DNA of 64,000 nucleotides, taken from assembly GCF_009914755.1 (NCBI RefSeq), contig NC_060928.1; one strand, written 5' to 3'. Origin of the DNA: the human T2T-CHM13v2.0 reference genome, Homo sapiens. The notes under the pieces were generated by a model. The model did no database searches. It was not told the origin of the DNA and saw only the letters and a program-made list of their open reading frames with translations. Position 1 is the first letter of the stretch. Each line of letters opens with the position of its first letter. This document shows, in pieces, positions 58,622 to 64,000 of the stretch. A program made the translations under genes and the position numbers.

Positions 58622-61322
58622 TCATCCACACTCTTATTCTAGCACCTTAGATTAGTTTTTACGCTTCTTAAACTTCATGTGAGTAAAATCATATAGTATG
58701 TAGCTTTTGTGCTCATCTTCTTTGGTTTGGTTCTGACACCACGGCTGGGAAATTCATTCATTTTCTTGCCTGTTTTGGAAATTCATTTTTTCCCAGTGCT
58801 GTGTAATATCCCATTGACTAAATACACCTTTATCCATCCTATTGCTACATTTATTGCTCACAGAGCATGTTTTCTATCCTTTTCCTTCAGGGAAAGTGGG
58901 TCTTTATATTTAAAGTGTGACTTTTGTATCCACTCTGACAATTTCTGCCTTTTAACTGGTTTAGTCCATTTACATTTAATGTAACTACTGATATGACTCC
59001 TTTAATTCCACCGTTTTGCTGTCTCTTCTCCATTTGTCTCGTCTGTTTTTTTCCCCTGCTTTGGTCCTTCTTTGCTACCCTCTTTTAGTGCAAACAGATT
59101 TCTTTAGTCTCTCATTTTATTTCCCCATTTGCTTTTTATCTGTGCCTCCTTGTGCTGCCTTTTTAAACCTTGATTTGTCACAGCCTCCTTGAACTCATAG
59201 CGTCACGCACCCCCTCAGACAAGACTGAAGGACTGTGCGAGAGCACAGATCCATTTTCCACCAACCACCCCCACCCCATCCTTTCTAGATTGTTTTATGC
59301 ATTTTACGTCTGCATATGTCATAAACCCCACAATACAATCTGATTCTTTTGCTTTAAACAGTCACTTGTGTTTTGAATACACTGAGAAAAAGAGATCGTC
59401 TCAGACATTGACTCTCCTTTACCCACTTCTCCTGTTCTTTATTCCCTTCCAAGAGAACTAAATTCCTATCTGGCATTGTTTCTCTTCACCTGCAGAACCT
59501 CCTTTAGCATTTTTGGTGGTACAGCCTCTGGCGACAAATAATCTTAGCTTCCTTTTACCTAAAATGTCTTTATTTCACTCTTATTGTAAAATAATATTTT
59601 TTGCTTGATGAGAAATTCTGAGTTAACAGATGTCTCTGTTTCGTTTTAGGGCACTTTAGTGTATGGGATGCTACCGAGGGGCACGGCTGCTCCACGTCCT
59701 TGCCATTTCTCAGCACTGTTAGCTTTTTAATTTAGCCATCCTGGTGCCTGGGCAGTGTTGTTTCATTGTGTGCTGTTCTTCCTCTTATAAATATGCTCCT
59801 TTTAAATGCAAATACAAGATCCACCATTAAACTTTTATCAATCCTATTTAAATTTCCAATTTTTCTTGTTTTAAACATTTTAGAGTTTAATTTATAAATC
59901 ATGAACTTCGCCGATTTTTAGTAAGTCTTCCAAGTTGTGGAGCCATCATTATAATCTGTTTCAGAACCTTCCTCGCCCAGTAAGGTCCCTCACACTCATT
60001 TACAGCTAATCTCCATTCCAACTAGTCCCCGTCAGCCACTATAGATTTGGATATATAGATTTGGCTATTCTGGAGATTTCATACAAATGCAAGCATACAA
60101 TATGAGGTCTTTTGTGTCTAGCTTCTATCATTTAGCATAATGTTTCTGAGGTTCAGAAATGTTATAGATATTGAAGCATATATCAATATTTCATACCTTC
60201 TCATTGTTGAATCACATTGTGTTATATAGACATGCCACATTTATCCATTCACCAACTGAGGACATTTGGGCTTCTCCCATTCGTTGACTATTATAATGCT
60301 ATAAGCATTCATGTACAAATCTTTATATAGATATGTGTTTTCATTTCTCTTGGGTAGATACTTAGGAGTAGAATTACAGAGTCCGTAGGTGTCCTTTTTT
60401 TAGACTTTTTAAGAAACTACAAAACCATTTATCAAGGTGGCTATACCATTTTAAAGTCCTATCAGAATGACGGTACCCATTCCTCCACATGCTAGTCAAC
60501 ATTTACTATTGTCTGTTTTTTTTTAATAGTCATTCTAGTGGATGAGAATTTATATCTAGTTGTAATTTTACTCTGGTTCCCTGATGATCAATGAGGTAGA
60601 ACACCTTTTCACATATTTGTTAGTCATTTAATTATCCTGTTTTTGAAATATTCTTTCAAGCTTTTGCCCATTTTTGAGTTTTCATATTATTTTATAGTTT
60701 TTATAATCTGCACAAAAGTTCTTTGTGGTTATAGGTATTGAACATGTCTTCTCTCAGTCTGTAATTTGCCTTGTCTCTCTTTTATTAGTGTCTTTTGATG
60801 AACAATGATTATTTCATGTCCAATGTACAACCCTCTCTGAATAGTATATTTATGTAAATAGTGTACTGTGTCCTGCTTAAGAAATATTTACCATGTCCCA
60901 AGATCATGAAAATAGTCTGTTTTCTACTAGTAGCTATATTGTTTTACTTTTTACATGTAGGCCTATGGACCACTTTGAATTAATCTTTGTGGGTAGTATG
61001 ATATAGACTTCATACTCTATATACAGAGAGTGTGTGTGGTGTGTGTGTGTGTGTATTTCCTGTTTTTTTTTCTTACAGATAGCTGACCAGTCCAATATTG
61101 TCCATTGAAAGATCATCCTCTCTATAGTGAACTGCCACGGTATCTTTGTCCACACACGTGAAGATGTACTTCTGGGCTCTTCTGTTCCATTGACGTGTCT
61201 CTCTAACCTTCAGCCTACTGTCTTGATTACTGTAGCTTTGTAGTAAACTTTGTTATAGGTTGTATGAAACCTCCAATTTTTCTCTTCTTCAAGATTGTGA
61301 TTCCACATCCTTTCAATTTTTA

Positions 61323-61735
<413 letters not shown>

Positions 61736-62048
61736 TCATGGAAAAACTGATATCTATACTAAGTCTTCTAATCGATGAAAACGATATCCCTTTCCATTGA
61801 TTTAGATCTCCTTAAGTTTTTCTCAGCAATGTTTTATAGTTTTCAGGGGAGACATCTTACACAACTTTCCTTAGATTTATTCCTAGGTATTTGAATTTTG
61901 TGGTGCTCTACTGTAAATGATATTTTTTAAGATTTCATTTTCTAATTGTTCACTGCTGATATATTGAAACAACTTATTTGTGTGTATGTACCTTGTATAT
62001 GTAGACTTTGATAAACTCACTTATTAATTCTAATAGTTTGTAGGGTCT

Positions 62049-62410
62049 TGCCATGTTCTGAATGTGTCTCACAAAAATTCATACATTGAAACTTATCATC
62101 AGTGTGATAGTATTAGGAGATGGGGTCTTTAAGAGGTGATGAAGTCATGAGGGCAAAGCCTTTATGAAGGGAGTTAGTGACCTTATAAGAGAAATATGAG
62201 CTGCCTGCCTCTCTTTTGTCATTCCACTCCTTCTGCCATGTGAGGACATGGCATTCAAGGCACGTCTTAGAAGCAGAAACTGGACCCTTGCCAGATAGTG
62301 CCTAGATCTTGGACTTCCCAGCCTCCAGAATGGTAAGAAAAAAATTTCTATTATATATAAGTTACCCAGTCTGTGTTATTTTGTTATAGCAACAGTAATG
62401 AACTAAAACA
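62049..62410. mobile_element. MST/MLT1A-type MaLR LTR inserted in old L1
   Basis: gtgatagtattaggagatggggtctttaagaggtga...ttttgttatagcaacagtaatgaactaaaaca. Confidence 0.75.
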
Positions 62411-62442
62411 GGTGTCTTGGGTTTGCTACATCACAACCATAG

Positions 62443-62759
<317 letters not shown>

Positions 62760-64000
62760 TGAAACTTTTATTTATTTTATTTTATTTTATATTTGACATC
62801 CTGGCCAATGCAATGTTGACTAGAAGTGGTAATAGTCAACATCTTGTTTTGACCTTGAACTTGGGTGGGAAATGTTCAATATTTCATCATTATGTATGTT
62901 ACCTGTAAAAGATTTTTGATAGAACCATTTATCATATTAGAGAAATTCCATTCTTTTCCTGGTTTTCGGAGAGTTTATATCATGAAGTTGAATTTTACCA
63001 ACAGATTTTTCTGCATCTATTAAGATGACTGACCACGTTTTTCTTTTTTATCATATTATTATGTTGAATTATATTCAGTGATTTTAGAATATGAAGCCAA
63101 TCTTTATATTTTCAGAATAAACCCAGCTGGGTTATGACTTATTAGCCTTCCTATGTATTGCTGGATTTGATATGTTAATATCTTGCTCGTACTCTTGTAT
63201 CTATGTTCATAAAAGGTAATCCAAAAGTTTTCTTATCCTGTAATGTTATTGCTTTTGGAATCAGAGTTACACTGGCTTCATAAGTTAGTTAAAATGTGTT
63301 CCTAATTCTCTATTTTCTGGAAGACTTTGGCTAGAATTAGTTTTACTTCTTTCTTAAACACTTGAAAGAATTTACTTGTGAAGCCATCTAGGTCTGGGCC
63401 TTTCTTCATAGGAAAATTATTCATTACAGATTTAATTTATTTAGGAGCTTTAGGACTACTTAGATTTTCTATTTGTTTCATGTCAGTTTTGGTACATTGT
63501 GCTTATTCAAGGAATATGTTCATTTTATCGAGGTTTCAAGTTTATTGGTATATGCTGTTTGCTGTGGTTTTATTGACTGTAGGAGCTGTGGTATTTCCCC
63601 CTTTACATTTTTGATATTAGTAATTTATTGTCTCTGTTTTGCTTTATCAATATTGCTAAATGTTTGTCAATTTATCAGTTTTAATTAACTCTTGAATTTG
63701 TTGATTTTCTTTATTGATTTTATTTCACTGCTTCTTGCTCTTTAAAATTTCCTTCCTTCTACTCTCTGGAGTTTAATTTGCTGTTCTTTTTCTTTCTTCT
63801 TGAGATAGAAGTTTAGATGCTTGATTTTCAGCATTTCTTCTTTTTGTCTAAAATATGTTTTGCTCTAAGGACTAATTACAACCCACAAATTTTGAAATGT
63901 GGTCTACAATGATAAAAGTATGTCATGTCCACAGTATTCTGCAGTTGTGGAATAGAGTGCTCTGTCAGGTAAGTTCACGTTGGTTAATTGTGTTGGTGAA

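Overview
Primate (human-like) genomic DNA, rich in Alu, L1, LTR and DNA-transposon repeats. The whole window lies inside the minus-strand gene JAKMIP1 (Marlin-1, a neuronal coiled-coil protein), which I recognised from the translated exons. Fifteen coding exons (about exons 4-18; 1,551 nt, 517 aa) were resolved by hand with GT-AG boundaries, and all are phase 0. Exon 13 can also read through its donor to give the short-isoform C-terminus (...[24 protein letters not shown]) followed by its own AATAAA. The most interesting observation is absent from the ORF track: a candidate nested microprotein gene in intron 8. A strong-Kozak ATG (CACCACCATGG, 29938) lies downstream of a CpG/GC-box/RFX-like region and opens a 106-nt hydrophobic exon with a phase-1 donor. 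Spliced to JAKMIP1 exon 9, it reads that exon in an alternative frame and gives a 45-aa cysteine-rich single-pass membrane peptide (MEYVLFVLYFSFFLCLCALVCLYFSGCQEMTYKHEEACCGDIFWI*). Other notable items are a perfect p53 element in a solo LTR10-like LTR, a 44-bp-stem hairpin at an Alu insertion, a T29 splice-acceptor tract, three minisatellites (one with higher-order structure) and RBFOX motifs behind several exons. Exon numbers and repeat subfamily names come from memory and pattern recognition, and repeat boundaries are approximate.
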